Part shown: positions 31,901 to 44,998 of the stretch, one piece after another
Layout of the letters: each line of letters begins with the position of its first letter
Numbering within the stretch: position 1 is the stretch's first letter
From: Phoronis australis
Taxonomy: Eukaryota; Animalia; Phoronida
Reading direction: 5' to 3'
Length of the DNA: 64,000 bases
Assembly (NCBI GenBank): GCA_002633005.1
Contig: NMRA01000623.1
Span: forward strand, 124,001-188,000
Program-made: the position numbers and the translations under genes
Notes under the pieces: model-generated
What the model was told of the DNA's origin: nothing
Databases searched by the model: none
The model's input: only the letters and a program-made list of their open reading frames with translations

Positions 31901-34900
31901 TCTCTAAACCAACCACAAGACAGCGTTTAATGAAACCATTTTTAAATGAGAACTTCATAACAGGTTTCGAAGATTCTGATCGTTTCCTTATAAGCATGCG
32001 TGAAAATCAAGAATAGGCCATAATTCAAAAATACGATTGAATTGCAAAACATGGACGATATGTGATATTCCACTTCATAAGTATCTTTTTTGAGAAAATT
32101 TGGTCAACAAAATCCAACTAGAAATGTAAGAGTTGAGCTAAGAACATTTCTCTGCGCAGACGGAATGATGCCTGTCATTACTATATCCCCTTTGCCTTTG
32201 ACGGGGGATAATACGCACACACAAGCAGCACTACACAACACACCTAGCTGGTAACATTAAACATTACAGATTTGACAGACAAACACGTACACTTTAAAGC
32301 AGCCAATGTTGTGTCTTTATTCACAAGAGGATTCTTGTGACCTTGACCTGTCATCGACTCTACGGGAGCGCAGCTGTGCTTCCTTTTTCTACTTCCAGGC
32401 ACAGAAATTAACTAAAAGAGAATTTTCAAGAATTTTATTACATGTCTCTGAATTATATGTTTTGAGTCCGCAACGATGAAACCAGGGTCTATGACCACCA
32501 TATTCGAGACATGATTTGAAAATTGACCAATCATGTGGCAGACGTTCAATTTTCACGCAATCTGATTGGTCCATTTTTAAATCGAGTCTCATGAAAACTT
32601 TTATTGCCACAGGCCGAAGTAATGCAGGGATGCAGTTGATACTCCTTCCCCATATTAACATTAGTGAGATAACAAATATCCTGGATGTGGCTATGGTGTC
32701 ACTTATACCTAAATGTATATGTAGCGGCATATCGATATATACATAGTGTATCAACCTTAACTGTGTATCTCTTAGCCCTGCGTTCTCCACTGAAATCAAC
32801 AAAATGTTAGTTTAAGATACACAAACCTTGACTGTATCTTTCTTAGGCATGATATCTCCGATAAAATGTACAACAAGTTGGTCCATAACACCAGCAAGGC
32901 CACTGAGAGGTCCAAGTGTAGCAGCACAGCAACGTATTGTATCATACAGCTGACTTCTCACACAACTAGAAGTATTCAGAAGATAATGAGGTGTCATATA
33001 AGCATTAACACAACTGGAAGTTGACACAATTATTACAGGTGATAAGGAAGCACTTACTGTAACCAGTTCATTGCGCGTTGAGGGTAATAGACTGGTTATA
33101 ATTATCCAATATTTTGGGGAGAAAAACAAGGAAACAAGAAAATGAAAAAACGTTAGGTCAAGGAGAACAATTGGTCGCAAATACTTAATTTAAGGGCACA
33201 ATTTACTGACAAGGTGAAAGTCACACATAATGCACAACCACGGCAAGGTCTTACTCTACTTCGTTGTCACCAGTTTTGAAGTGGAATTTGCACGCTAACT
33301 CCTGATTGCTTGGCCAAATTAGTTAGAAACCAACATATAGCAACGATGTGAATATGAAGTAGGTTGGAAATTGCCAAACGTTTTTAAGAACGAGTTTTGT
33401 GACAAAAATGATCCGACGCAAGTCATTAAACCGTGTCCAGTAAGTACTGTGACATGGTGCTGGGGAATGACACTCCATGATGCAGGCTATGTGAGCCCGC
33501 GAGGTATGTCATTAGTGCAAAGGTCACCAATTTGCAGAATTTTTGGTTTTAACATTTACAAGCTGTTAATGAACACAACTACACTTTATTTAGCGTGAAT
33601 TATGTAAAAACAGCGGTGTCGCTTAGTTCCTGAGATATACATTAGCATAGTTAGGACCATGCAAATACACCTTTAAGCAACCAATAACCTGTCCTACTGC
33701 CAAGACTGTCCATAAACAAATCATATTCACATGCAAATCAGTAGCTGAACATGTTCAATAACAATCCTTATCATGCAGACAGTCTTACACACTAGGTATA
33801 GAACACCTTGTGATGGGGGGTGACAAATTAGCCAACAAAAACTCCCCTCACAATCTTCACACAAACAGTGTTTTCGGACTGTCAAACAAACTGCCTTGTG
33901 TCACCTAAGAGAATGTGGTTTACAAGTGGGTGAGCTGGTCACTCGTCACTCAAAGCTGACTTCGTACACAGTGGTGGATCTAAGATTACACGAGTGGGCT
34001 GTAACTGAAACGGCCAATGGACATTTTATTTTCATTGTCATGATCCCTACCCCCTAAATCCACCTATAATACATTACCTGAAGTCATTCTGTTGCCCGCA
34101 CACCTCAGTTACAGTCCATGTTAACAGTCTTACTACCATGTAGGTGACAGTTAGACTGTGGATAACCATGTTCTTTTTACATCTGCAATTACAAACAGGT
34201 GATACATGCAACAATACTTGGAAAGAGCTATAAGGAGATTTTTCCTTTCTTTCAAATAATTAGCCAGACGTTCTCTGCGACAGATGGCTTAATGCATTTG
34301 TTAGACTGTCTGGATGGGAAGGGTCACAGACCGTCACCAAAATTTAAAAATATGAAGGCGATCATATGTTGCGGAATACCATTAATTTCTTGTGAAATCG
34401 GCACGTGACAGGCTTTGGTATTTTTAACAAAAGCAAAGTGCTAAAATGCGCCCACAAGTTAAATCCATCTGAAATAAGGCAAGTGCTATCATCTCCTTGT
34501 TAGAAACTTGTTTGCCGAACTCCATTAACATCCACCGAGGTACTTGGCATACATAGAGGCTAATGTTAAAAAATAAAATAATTGCAACTAGGGTCACAGC
34601 CATGGTTGAATCTATTAGAAAAGTAGCTTGAATACAGAATCAAAGTTAACACTATGGTATATAAATTTTGTACCTTATCATCAAACCTGTGACCAGCTCA
34701 AGAGCACCATGGTATATAATGGGTAAAACAATGGTGAGGACAACTCGCTCTGACGTTGGCTGAACCATCTACAATTGGATTACAGTGTTACAGTTAATAG
34801 TTATACTCCTGCGTTTGATAAGCACTGTGAGGAGTACTGAGAAACTTGTTAGTTAGTCTCCAAATCAAGTATTTAATTTTAGAAAAACAATACAAAAGAC

Positions 34901-37900
34901 AAAAAATAATGTCCACTAAGACATATGAGCAGAGCAGGGAAACAATTATCGAGAGGAAATGTTCCACAAGGGGGGTTAAGTCTACATTGACTGATGCCAT
35001 ACTAAGACAAGATCCACATTTGCAATCAGTCTAAAGACACCATTGGACAAATTCTTTCAAACAATAATGTCTTAGAACAAAACTAATAAAGCCCCTAACC
35101 ATTTGTTTACAAGACAGCGAAGTGGCCCGTACTGCTGTGTCCAGGATATCATCAGTCGGTATTTTGATCAAGATATCTAAAGGCAGAGTCAACAGAGATT
35201 TGAGGTAAAGACAGATATTCTTGAAGCGTGTAGCCAGACACACACTTCGACTGGGTTCCTCCCCTGGCGCACCATCTAACTTCAGTGGTTCACTAACTAG
35301 CCTCTCTGCTGTGCTATCTGAAACAAGTTAAAATTAAGTTGAACTTGGCATGCATATACAAGCAAAAATATGAACTTACAACTGAAAAGCTTGCGCTCAT
35401 AACCAGATTTGATGACCATTTCAGCACTAATGTCATGACAATCTATTTCCCATCAGATTATTCTAAACTTTTGAGAACTGAATAGCACCAACCATTATCA
35501 GGATTGGCTTCATGACCACCTTACTTTCCTTAAGATTGTGTAAGAGAGAGGGCAGTTCCTCAAAGCACCTGTGTAATTTCAACTGAGTAAGTGTTCACGC
35601 AATAGGAAAACTTAACTTGTACACATAACAACCCAATCACAGCTCTTAGTAACACCAAAATAAACTTAAGTAATACAGAATATTTGAATAAAGGAGCACT
35701 TTCAAAAATACTGACAAGCTACCGTGCTTCCATAGACATGACTTACAAGCACTAAACCGTATTTGTGATTGCCCGCTCTATTCTGTCCATCGACACAAAC
35801 CTTCTAAATGGAGATGTTCAACCAACTCATCCAGTACTTGATTGAGAGTGACTATCAGTGTATCACATGACGCCAACCATGCCTCGGTATGTTTAATACC
35901 ACGACTACCACCGCCACCGCATACAGGTAATGAAGCATACAGCTGGGCTCCAACAGTAGTCACCTGGCTGAGTGGGTGGTCCAGCAGGCTCACAGCAAGT
36001 GTCTCTAGTCTGTGTTTAAATGGTCCACATGGCCCAGGGAACAATGAAACACACGATGACAGGCACTCCAGAGAGTACATCAACCACTGAAATGGAAACG
36101 GGTTCGGAAATGCTCTGAAATTTTTTTAGAAACTGACAAGACTGGTGACTGATTACCAAAGCACTTGGTACATAGTACAATGAGACATTTATAGTGACAA
36201 CAGTGATAAGTGAAGTGGTACAGCTAAGCAATCTATGTTGGTCATAAGGGCCATTCAGAGCGTAGAAATGAGCCCACCAATGCAGTGCAAACAGTGTGCT
36301 TATAGGGGTGTTTATTTGTATCATAAAAATGGCCACTAGATGGTGCAAAACACTTCGAATCCATCAAAAAACGGGAAAATGTCACTTCTTTTTAACAGAA
36401 AGCTATTTACCACATTTCATGAAAATCCGTCAAGGGTCTTAAGAGAAACAGAGGAATACGGAAAAAATGAAATTGCCACTAGGGGGCAGAGTATTCGTCG
36501 GATCCGTCTGAAAGTTGTCGTCTTCCGTTGTCAACTTCACATTAATACACTTGCTAAATTTCATAATGATCCGGCAGAGGGCTTAGGAGATACAGCTAAG
36601 GGCGCAAAAAAAATCAAAACTGCCAGTAGGAGGCGCCACAGTAATTGAAGTCGGAAAATCATCGTCAACCGTCCTCTTCGCACTAAGAGCATATAAGCCG
36701 ATTTTCACAATCATCCTAAGAGTGGTTTGGTTGACAGAGGGCGAACACCAAAAACAGACTAGAAAATAGAAAATGGCCACTACATGGTGTAAAATAAGTC
36801 GAATCTGTCTGAAAACTAAAAAATGTTGTCGTTTCTTTAAACAAAGCTATTTACTAAATTTCATGAAAATTCGTCAAGAAACTTCAAAGAAACAGAGGAA
36901 AACGGAAAAAAAAATAAAATTGCCACTAGGGGGCACAGCGTTCGTCGGATCCGTCTGAAAGTCGTCGTCTTCCGTTGTAAACATCAACTAAAAACGTGCT
37001 AAATTTAATAAAGATCTTGCAGAGGGCTTAGGAGATACAGGTATGGGCGCAATAAAACAAAACTGCCACTAGAGGTGCCACAGTAGTAGTCATCTGTTGT
37101 GTATTGACAATGGTACTTGTGGTTTTCCTTAGAATATAGTCACGTGGTAGTAATTGAGCAACCCGACGTAAGAGCGTAACTTCGATACGTTGCGCGGAGC
37201 GGGTGCCTGCACAATCGCTGTGACTTTCTCTTTCGTGGGGCGTATGCCTGCCCCGCCCAGGCGGTGTCCCAAATAAGTGACCGTTGTTTGGTTGAACACG
37301 CATTTTTCCCTTTTCAAACGAAACCCATTGTTCTTGAGACGTTTCCAAACCTGTTCCAGGTTGGCCTTATGCTCAGCCGCGTTACGACCAGCCACCAAAA
37401 TGTCATCTAAATACTCAGTGCACATAGGAATACCTCGCACTACCTGTTCCATGGTACGCTGAAACAGACCGGGGGCAGTGGATATCCCGAACGGAACGCG
37501 GGTGTATGCTAATAATCCATGACTCAGAGTGTTAAAAAAAACAGTGCAGGTGGTATGATGTCATTTGCGGTGCATCACACGTGTGCAGGCCTCATGGTTG
37601 GGCCCATTGCACAAAACACCTGAGTGTTGAGGGTAACTTTCGGACTTTTGCGGAGGATCAGATAACTCCAACTGTTGATATGTGTGGCTTAAGTCCAGCT
37701 TACAGTATTTCTGACCACCGGCAAGTTTGGTAAAGAAATCGTCTATTCGTGAAATAGGGTGCTTATCGACCAATCCAGCCTTGTTCAACATGGAATGATA
37801 ATCACCACAAATGCGAACATCGCCGGAGTTTTTCAAGACGGGAACCACGGGCGTAGCCCACTCCGACGAGCTCACTGACTTCAACACCCCGTCACTGATT

Positions 37901-40900
37901 AATTGTTTCAACTCCGATTCGACTTTTTCACATAAAGCTTATGGACTGGGCGTGCCTTCAGATAGACGGGTGGGGTCTCCGGATTGACATTTAAAGACAC
38001 CTGCCCTCCAGAGTATTTCCCTAATTCGTCACGGAAAAGTTCCTTGTAACATTGCAAAACAGCTAACTCGTGCACATTATTTGTGGCCTTGTACACTTGT
38101 TTCCAGTCCAACCGCAAACGATTAAGCCAATTACGCCCTAATAGACTTGGGCCCGATTTTGTGACCAGTAGGGAGAGTCGATACTCCTGATTATCTTGAG
38201 TCACGTTGACCTCGGCCTCACGTGACCGGACTTCCGCACCCCCATAGCCGACAAGTATGACGTGTGAGTCTACAAGGGGCTCGTTATTTGAGCAAATGTT
38301 TGACCACACATCTTCATTGACCACACTGAACTTAGCGCCAGTGTCTAGTTCAATAGTAATTGATAGTAATGTCCACCATATGTGACGGATCAGCACTGGG
38401 TGTGGACTTGCTGTCTATGCGATACAGATTGTTGTAAACAATCGAGCGATCTGATTGATCACTTCCGAGCCAATTCGTTGAATTGGCCCTACCTCGTTGA
38501 GGCTTTGCGGTCGGTTATGAGCGATATTGAGACTGAACACACCAGTAATCAGATCCGTCCGAAAGTCGTTGCCGTCTGTTGTCAACATCATATAAATACA
38601 CTTACTAAATTAAGTAAAGATCCTTCGAACAGTATAGAAGATACAGCCATAGGCGCAAAAAAACTGCCACTAGGAGGCGCCACAGTAGACGAAATCATCG
38701 GAATATCATAGCCAGCCGTCCACTTCATCATTCACTGAATATGTTAACCAAAGAGATTCTGACCACAATTTGACCTATGATTGCTCTGCAGCAGACAGCT
38801 TCACGTAGTTGTACATAGTCTCTAAGGTGTCACTGTTCTCTGTCTGGTTTCGAGATAAAATCAACATGACAGGCAGCAATTCAGTTATTGGTAAGTAAAC
38901 ATGGAACTGTAGCGTATTAAGTGTTTGACAAAGCATCAGGAGATCCAAACAAAGACAAAGTAATCAATTGTGTTATAGCAGTAGTTATATACATGAACAA
39001 TAGCGCAATAACAACATCATTAAAAACAATTGCATAACAGTTTATTCCCTTTCAGAAACTAAAGGACTTGGAACAGACTTTTAAGAAATGAAGCTCGTTT
39101 TTTCACAACTTGAAATGAGAAATCACGGGCCTTGGACAATGAAGAACAAAACAAGTTTCTGTCTACATAACATACCTGCTCATCAGCATCAAGCAGAGTG
39201 GTGATCAATTTAGGAATGACTGTCGTCGAAATTTCACGTTTGATTTCTGCAAATGAAGTCACGTGTTCCAGTAGGGCTTGAAGGTTATGGCAGTCGAGTC
39301 TCTTCACTAGAGGAGGATCATGTGACTGTAATACAAGACAGCCATTGGTCTGATTTCCTTCAAAATTACATGGGCATGTATTGTTTAGAAAATTCCCATG
39401 TCTAGAATGAAAGTCTGAGGTTTTCACACTGAAGAATTTGCACACCTGTACATACCTGTAGAGACTGTAGCAGCAAACCACACCATTTCACTGCATTCTG
39501 CATGAACACTTCAGACGAACACTGTTTTATGAGTGACTTCAAGACGAACAAACTTTTCAATCTGGAAAGAGAGGTAAAAAGAAAAAAGGCCTCACATTTT
39601 CAGGTACATTGAAGACTATACACAATATTTACACAGTCAGCTGAATGTCTTGGAAAAACTTTAAGCCAAACTCATGTATTCAACAAATACACACATAAAA
39701 TACCAACAAACTAAGAAAAGAAGCATTTTAATATATTTTTAGCTACAGACTGTAATAGACTGTTCCAAGTTGAACTATAAATATGACAGATCGAACAGAG
39801 GGAGGCAGACTCACTATGGGGGATAACACGCTACAAGGTTCATTAAAAACAACCGGACAAGTAATATTCTGTACTTTGACAATAATATTTTTTTCATTGT
39901 TCTTCTAACCTGTGTGTCTGTCACAATGTGCTATAAAGTAATGAGTCACGCAGCTTTGCAATGTTATGACATCATGGATGAAATATAGTTCCATCCCCCA
40001 GAAGCAACATTAAACCTACACTAGTTTTCAGAGTGTATTTACCTCTTGTTATATGAGTTCAGTCCGCTGTTAACTTGACCAATTACATCAGTGATGTTAT
40101 CACTATCCTAGAATCACATATAAACAAAAATACACCATGACAAAGAATGGCAACAATGTGACTGATGTGTACAGAAGTACAAAACTAGTGTACTGAACAT
40201 CATGTTCATGACTCTAAAAATGTTGGTGGTGCACCTGCACAGACAGCTTCTATTGAAAACTTGTCCAGCATTCATTCTACCGCCCAATTCATGTATCCAT
40301 GTTTCATTTTACTGTATACTAAAGAAAAATAAATAAATTTTCAAAAAGGATTCCTTTTAACCTGTCAACTAATGACTAAATTTTTCAGTGATTTAGATAT
40401 TTAGTAATTGCCAAGAATACCCGACCCGGGAATCGAACCGGTGACCCCCATAAAACAGGCGAGCATGCTAACCACTCAGCTACTAGGCAATTGCTCGTTA
40501 GTGAGTAGCTAACATAGGCTCATATGGTTCACTGGAAGCACATCTACGACTTTCCCCCCTTTCCTATGGAACAGGCACGCCACCAGGAAGGTGAAGACCA
40601 CATTGCCTCGCATACAGGTCATCAACTTCCCTTGGTACCTTTAATATCACAACACAGGTGAACACAAGGTTGTCCCTCATTCAGGTCCTCGACTTCCGGA
40701 ACTTTTTACCATCACCATCCATGCGTGCCGTACGAGGTACCCGGGTACTATACGCCACTGCTTCATTGGTAGATCATCGGTTTGCCGATTTTGCCATTTG
40801 TAGTAATAGCCATGATTACACAACCCTAGAATCGAACCAGCCACCCCCATAAAACTGGCAAGCATGCTAACCATTCAGCTAATAGGCAATTGCCTGTTAG

Positions 40901-42561
40901 CGAGTAGGTAACAGTAACAAAGGCTCATATGATTCAATGGAAGCACATCTACAACAGGTATCAACCAGCTGCTCTACAGGTTTTAAAATTAATGCATGGA
41001 TAACCCAAGAACATCACTTGTTTACTGTGAGATATGTTAACTTATTCCTTCAAAACTCTTCAAGTAACTATTTAGTAAATTTTCTGCAAAGTAAATTGCT
41101 AATTGGTTGGTAGACTAGGTATTGTTCTAAATCCCCCTCGACCCACAACCCCCTCTACCCATGACCCACGACCCCCTCGACCAACGACCCCCTCGACCCA
41201 CAAGCTGAGGCAATACAGGTATTTTTGCGCTTTATACATATTTCAAAATCTTATTACGTCGCTGAGTAACTTTCCTTGAAGACGTGGAACAGAGAGGCTG
41301 ACGATCATTGGCCTTGCAGAATTTTGCGAAAATAAAAGCAAAGAAAAGCACATTCACGTAAGAAAATCGAAGACTCTGATGAAAAAGCTCCGAACAATTG
41401 CTGAAGTGTTGTCTGAGATGAAATCAGTGTAATTCTCAGTCAAATACTGGGTATTTCATCATTGTTCATACTTCATAGTCGCCGATTTTGTCTCTATTGT
41501 AATTATTCAGTGTTAGGAATGGGAATGTCGTTAACAACATTAATTATTTTACCCCTTTTGAAAAATAATCTTGCATGGGCAGCGCACCATAGGGGGCTGG
41601 GGGCTATAGTCCCCACTTACTCGAATTTTGAGATGTTACAGCAGACAAACACATAAGTGTACTCTCTGGCTCCGCACAGCAGGTCTCGTGCAGACAGAGC
41701 CCGTGGCAGCTCACGTGCCAACATTCCCCAGCCAGCTATAGTGGCGGTCTGATGCGCCAAACTGAAAAATGGTTTGTGATTCCTGTCCATCGAAATCGTC
41801 GGCATTCCTGAGCTGCTATGGAACGAAAGAAGCATTGGCCTGTTTTTGATGCTTCGGAGGTCCGTCTGCCGTTTCTGAGAAAAAATGCGTTGTTCCTGGT
41901 TTGATTGTATATGCCTTGTTTACGGTGCGTTTGAAACGTGTGGCTGTCTGCTGCTGGTTGTGCCCATTTGTACAGCTGCAGAGACCCAGCTGAAGCCAAA
42001 GCCGAGTCGGTAACCTAACGCAGCCAAATCCGCCTTTGGTCGAGCAGGTCGTAGGTCGAGGGGTCGAGGGGTGAGGGAGTGGAGGGGGTCGAAAGGGTTT
42101 TACTAGAAGTAGAACTGTATCGGTAGAGACTAGTTGGAACTTGGAATGGATGGAAGTATCACTGTCACGGTTCTGGCTAGGCAATGACCATCGCCTCTGT
42201 TGGCCCGAACCAGAGGCGATGTAGAGGCTATAGGCGCTCTGTACGCCGGAGGCTTTTCGGCGAATTATGCCTCGCACCGACTAAACCATCAAAGTCACGT
42301 TGTTATAACTACCTTTTGCGCATAGACGAACACCTTAGGAGGTTGTCGATGTGTTTAAGTTCTTCCAACTCGAACAAATACTCCCGTTATGAAACTGAGG
42401 CGATGGTCATTGCCTAGGTTCTGGCGTAACGCAATTACCTTTGTAGAGAAGGCTTGAAATTCGCAGCTTAAATCTAAATAATTTGACAATCTATCTAGAT
42501 CATCAGTTGACGTAATAACTTCGCTGAGCGTATCTTTTAACACTTTCATGCCTGCTTCCAT
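28949..42561 (-). CDS. PELP1: PELP1 / Rix1 homolog (rixosome subunit), 13 exons, ~756 aa
   Basis: Exons 42439-42561, 40043-40107, 39456-39561 (LIKQCSSEVFMQNAVKW), 39176-39325 (REISTTVIPKLITTLL), 35801-36086 (FPGPCGPFK..GGGGSRGIKHTEAW), 35100-35317, 34674-34768, 34078-34182, 32827-32965, 32291-32411, 31590-31645, 30080-30286 (PYSD) and 28949-29548 (CRQAIAACRYIMHP..MLSSFVDCEPDD*). Total 2271 nt, in frame. Motifs parallel vertebrate PELP1 (FPRACG, LKHTESW, THPR, MLADFIDCPPDD). Confidence 0.92.
31298..31555. repeat. Degenerate ~42-bp minisatellite near a PELP1 splice donor
   Basis: Recurring ggtccaaggaca..attgcatctgttcatatctt. Confidence 0.75.
31990..32212. mobile_element. Helentron/HINE-like terminus
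   Basis: Ends actatatcccc-tttgcctttgac-gggggataat, a hairpin of the type seen at DINE/HINE ends. Confidence 0.45.
36300..37100 (+). mobile_element. Helentron/HINE-type internal tandem array (~146-bp units, ~440-bp higher order)
   Basis: gccactaggRggc motif at ~36332, 36475, 36622, 36776, 36922 and 37065; reverse-complement homologous to 54300-55365. Confidence 0.75.
37137..38400 (-). mobile_element. Ty3/Gypsy LTR-retrotransposon pol fragment (aspartyl protease + RT), frameshifted
   Basis: ELDTGA and GPSLLGRNWL (protease); WATPVVPVLK..VRICGDY, KLDLSHTYQQL, YTRVPFGISTAPGLFQR, YLDDILV, YLGH, GLLNYY (RT). Split over several frames; no LTRs seen. Confidence 0.93.
38540..38725 (+). mobile_element. 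Continuation of the HINE-type array beyond the Gypsy fragment
   Basis: cagatccgtccgaaagtcgt..gatacagccataggcgcaaaaaaactgccactaggaggcgccacagtag, same unit as 36500-36650. Confidence 0.75.
40400..40956 (-). mobile_element. TRIM (miniature LTR retrotransposon) with tRNA-like cassette in both LTRs
   Basis: 5' LTR 40956-40799 (TGTTGTAG..ACTACA), 2-nt spacer, then TGG-initiated PBS; PPT aggaaaggggggaa at 40565-40552; 3' LTR 40551-40400; flanks gata/ggta; A box tagctgagtgg and B box ggttcgattcc inside the LTR. Confidence 0.85.
41117..42110. mobile_element. Putative non-autonomous DNA transposon with arrays of subterminal (cccctcgacc) repeats
   Basis: (cccctcgacc)n at 41132-41200 mirrored by (ggtcgagggg)n at 42037-42100; probable nested MITE near 41575. 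Confidence 0.65.
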
Positions 42562-43949
42562 TATAGACAACTAAATTTAACTCCAGCCTCCATGTGTTTT
42601 TGCTGAAACCGGAAAAGTACTGTAAAGGCAGAGACCTCTGACGGTAAAATTCGGTACCCTTTACTAATCGTCTCTACCGGTGCTGGTACTCAAGTTTAGT
42701 TGTGTTGGATATGAACACACGACGTTCAGGTCCGAATCACGCCGGTGGCGTTGACTTGGAGGTCCCGTTCACGAAATCCTTTTGCAGAATGTTTCTGTTT
42801 GTTAATTTTTCCAAAGTCTTGAATGCAAATGTAAGATTTGCTCATTTCCTCCAGTAAAATTTTGCCTCCATTTGCCGCTGAAAAGAATTAATAAATTCCG
42901 CGGGCCTGTCAATTTCTCTGCCAGAGGACTTATTTACCGACTAGTGGCCTATTCTTTCAATACGTGAAGTTTTATTGCGGTTTGTTGTGGTAAAATACAA
43001 AGAATACAAAGACTGAAATTCCAGTTGACTACCTTGCTTAAAATCCCGAAGGATTATTATGCTATAGGGAAAAGGAAGATGCCTGTTGACTGTCACCTAC
43101 TTATGGGTGATATTAATCATGTTTTGATTCACAGTCTCCAACGACGGTAATTTTTTAGTCATGACACACGGCACCTGGTAAACTAAAGTCGCGAGTACCT
43201 CCGAGTCCAGAGTAAAAATGTTGACATGGAATCACCACTGGAGCATGAATTCAAACCTTTCTAATGACAAGTTAAAAAGTTTTCTATTGGGCTTGAAATC
43301 TTGAAATGAGTGTAGCAAATACTGGGTCATGTTCTCCCAGTTTTGGTTACTGAAAATCGTTACATGAAATTGGCTCAAGTGACAACAAGAGCCGTGAAAT
43401 AGCTCAATGATAATGTCAAAATTTGTGAGAAATGAAACGAATTCTTTAGTCTGGGTCTGTTTCACGAATAGCGACTAAAACTAAGGTCAGAATTTTGTCT
43501 AAGCTCCACGTAACTACTGAAAAACGATTAAATCTCACATGAGCAAAAGTACAAAAGTCTTTGAGAACACAGACGTAACTGCAAGTTGCTGAGATAGTTT
43601 CGATAAATTATTTTCAGGTTGTAATGAGCTCAATATTAATAACTTGGCTAAATCTTCATTAACAATTGTGATGTGGCACTGAGAGTAAAACCAAATTTTG
43701 TCACTTTCATAAAACAGACCCAGAGAACGTGAGAGAATTTGATGCGTGCCCCGTTCATAGTTGATAAGCATTTTTTTGCAATGTTGTTGTCTGTAGTCGG
43801 CACAAATTTAACATGTATTTGATTTAATATTCCCCTTGCTCAGCTGGCCAAAACAAAAACGGAATTAGACTCTTACTTAAATCCGGTCTCGTAATACTCC
43901 TCATCGTGACAGGATTTTATTTCCTTTACCGATAAAACCCTTCTGGATC

Positions 43950-44835
43950 TCATTGGGTAACGCCGTTACAGTCTTTCAGTTGAAATTGTCGCCATTCACC
44001 AGGCTGCCCCGGCAACTGGCAAGTGAGCATGGCTGAACCAGTCCTTGGAAACAACAAACTCTTTACACTCTTAGACAGCCAAGCATCTATAAAAGCTCTA
44101 ACTAAGTCCAAGATCAACTCCCTTTGTGTCCTGGCCTGTAAACGAGCTTAACCACAAATCAGCTAGTAGAACTGTTCATGTGAACTGGGTTAAAGTCCAT
44201 GTTGGCATTGGGGGTAACGAAGCTGCTTACAAACTTGCAAAAGAAGGAGCAAGTGCACCCGGTTTTGTACCAGAACCTTGCATACCAGTTGCATATTGGT
44301 GCTGCAGAGCAAAGGTAAGACACTGGGTGCGCAAACTGTCCGTGGATGCATGGGGAAAGCTCTCTGCCTACATACAAACCAAACAACTTTTTCCAAGTCC
44401 TATGGAACCAAAAGGTTCAAAGAAACTGTTATGTTTAGATAGGCTTGCTATAAGGCAGCTGATCCAGGTTATTACTAGACACTGCAACCTAGCTCGGCAC
44501 CGTAACATCACAGGCCACATATCATGTTCATTGTGTCCAAAACTGTGGCTTGGAGGCCGAAACTCGTCAACATCTGGTGGAGATTTGCCCTGCCTACAAT
44601 AGACACCGTAATCTACTACTTTATGGACACATAACCTGCCTGGTTAACATTGTTAATTCATGCAGGTTTAATAGTCTTTCTGTCTTTTTGAAACAAACAG
44701 GTAGATTCTTGGAAGATTGTACCCATGAAGAATCCAATGATGTTGTGTCCCCATGAGTCCTAATCAGGTGATTAGTGTAATGGGCCTAGCTTTGTGGCCT
44801 AAACACGCCTGATGTACCGCAAAAGGCATCAGGCC
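43950..44835 (+). mobile_element. 5'-truncated non-LTR retrotransposon, RNase H + CCHC tail (I/R1/LOA group), degenerate
   Basis: TVFQ.., LDSQASIKAL, VNWVKVHVGIGGNEAAYKLAKEG, HCNL..H, C..C..ETRQHLVEICPAY, with frameshifts. Confidence 0.88.
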
Positions 44836-44838
44836 ACC

Positions 44839-44998
44839 CAGTGGCGGATTTAGAGGGGGAGGGCAAGGGGACCATGGCCCCCCTAAAATCCTCCCAGATT
44901 CTATTTGGCAGTTCGGGAGTGCGAATATCTGACGAGCAAAACCCTGGCTAATATTCTGCCTTGCCCCCCCCCAACTCAAAATCCTGGATCCGTCCCTG
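44839..44998. mobile_element. hAT-like MITE with 5-bp TSD
   Basis: ccacc|CAGTGGCGGAT ... ATCCGTCCCTG|ccacc. Confidence 0.8.

Noticed and set aside
40415-40490. Genuine tRNA gene or ordinary SINE
   Set aside because: Stems are imperfect, and the cassette occurs twice inside LTR-like repeats with PBS and PPT.
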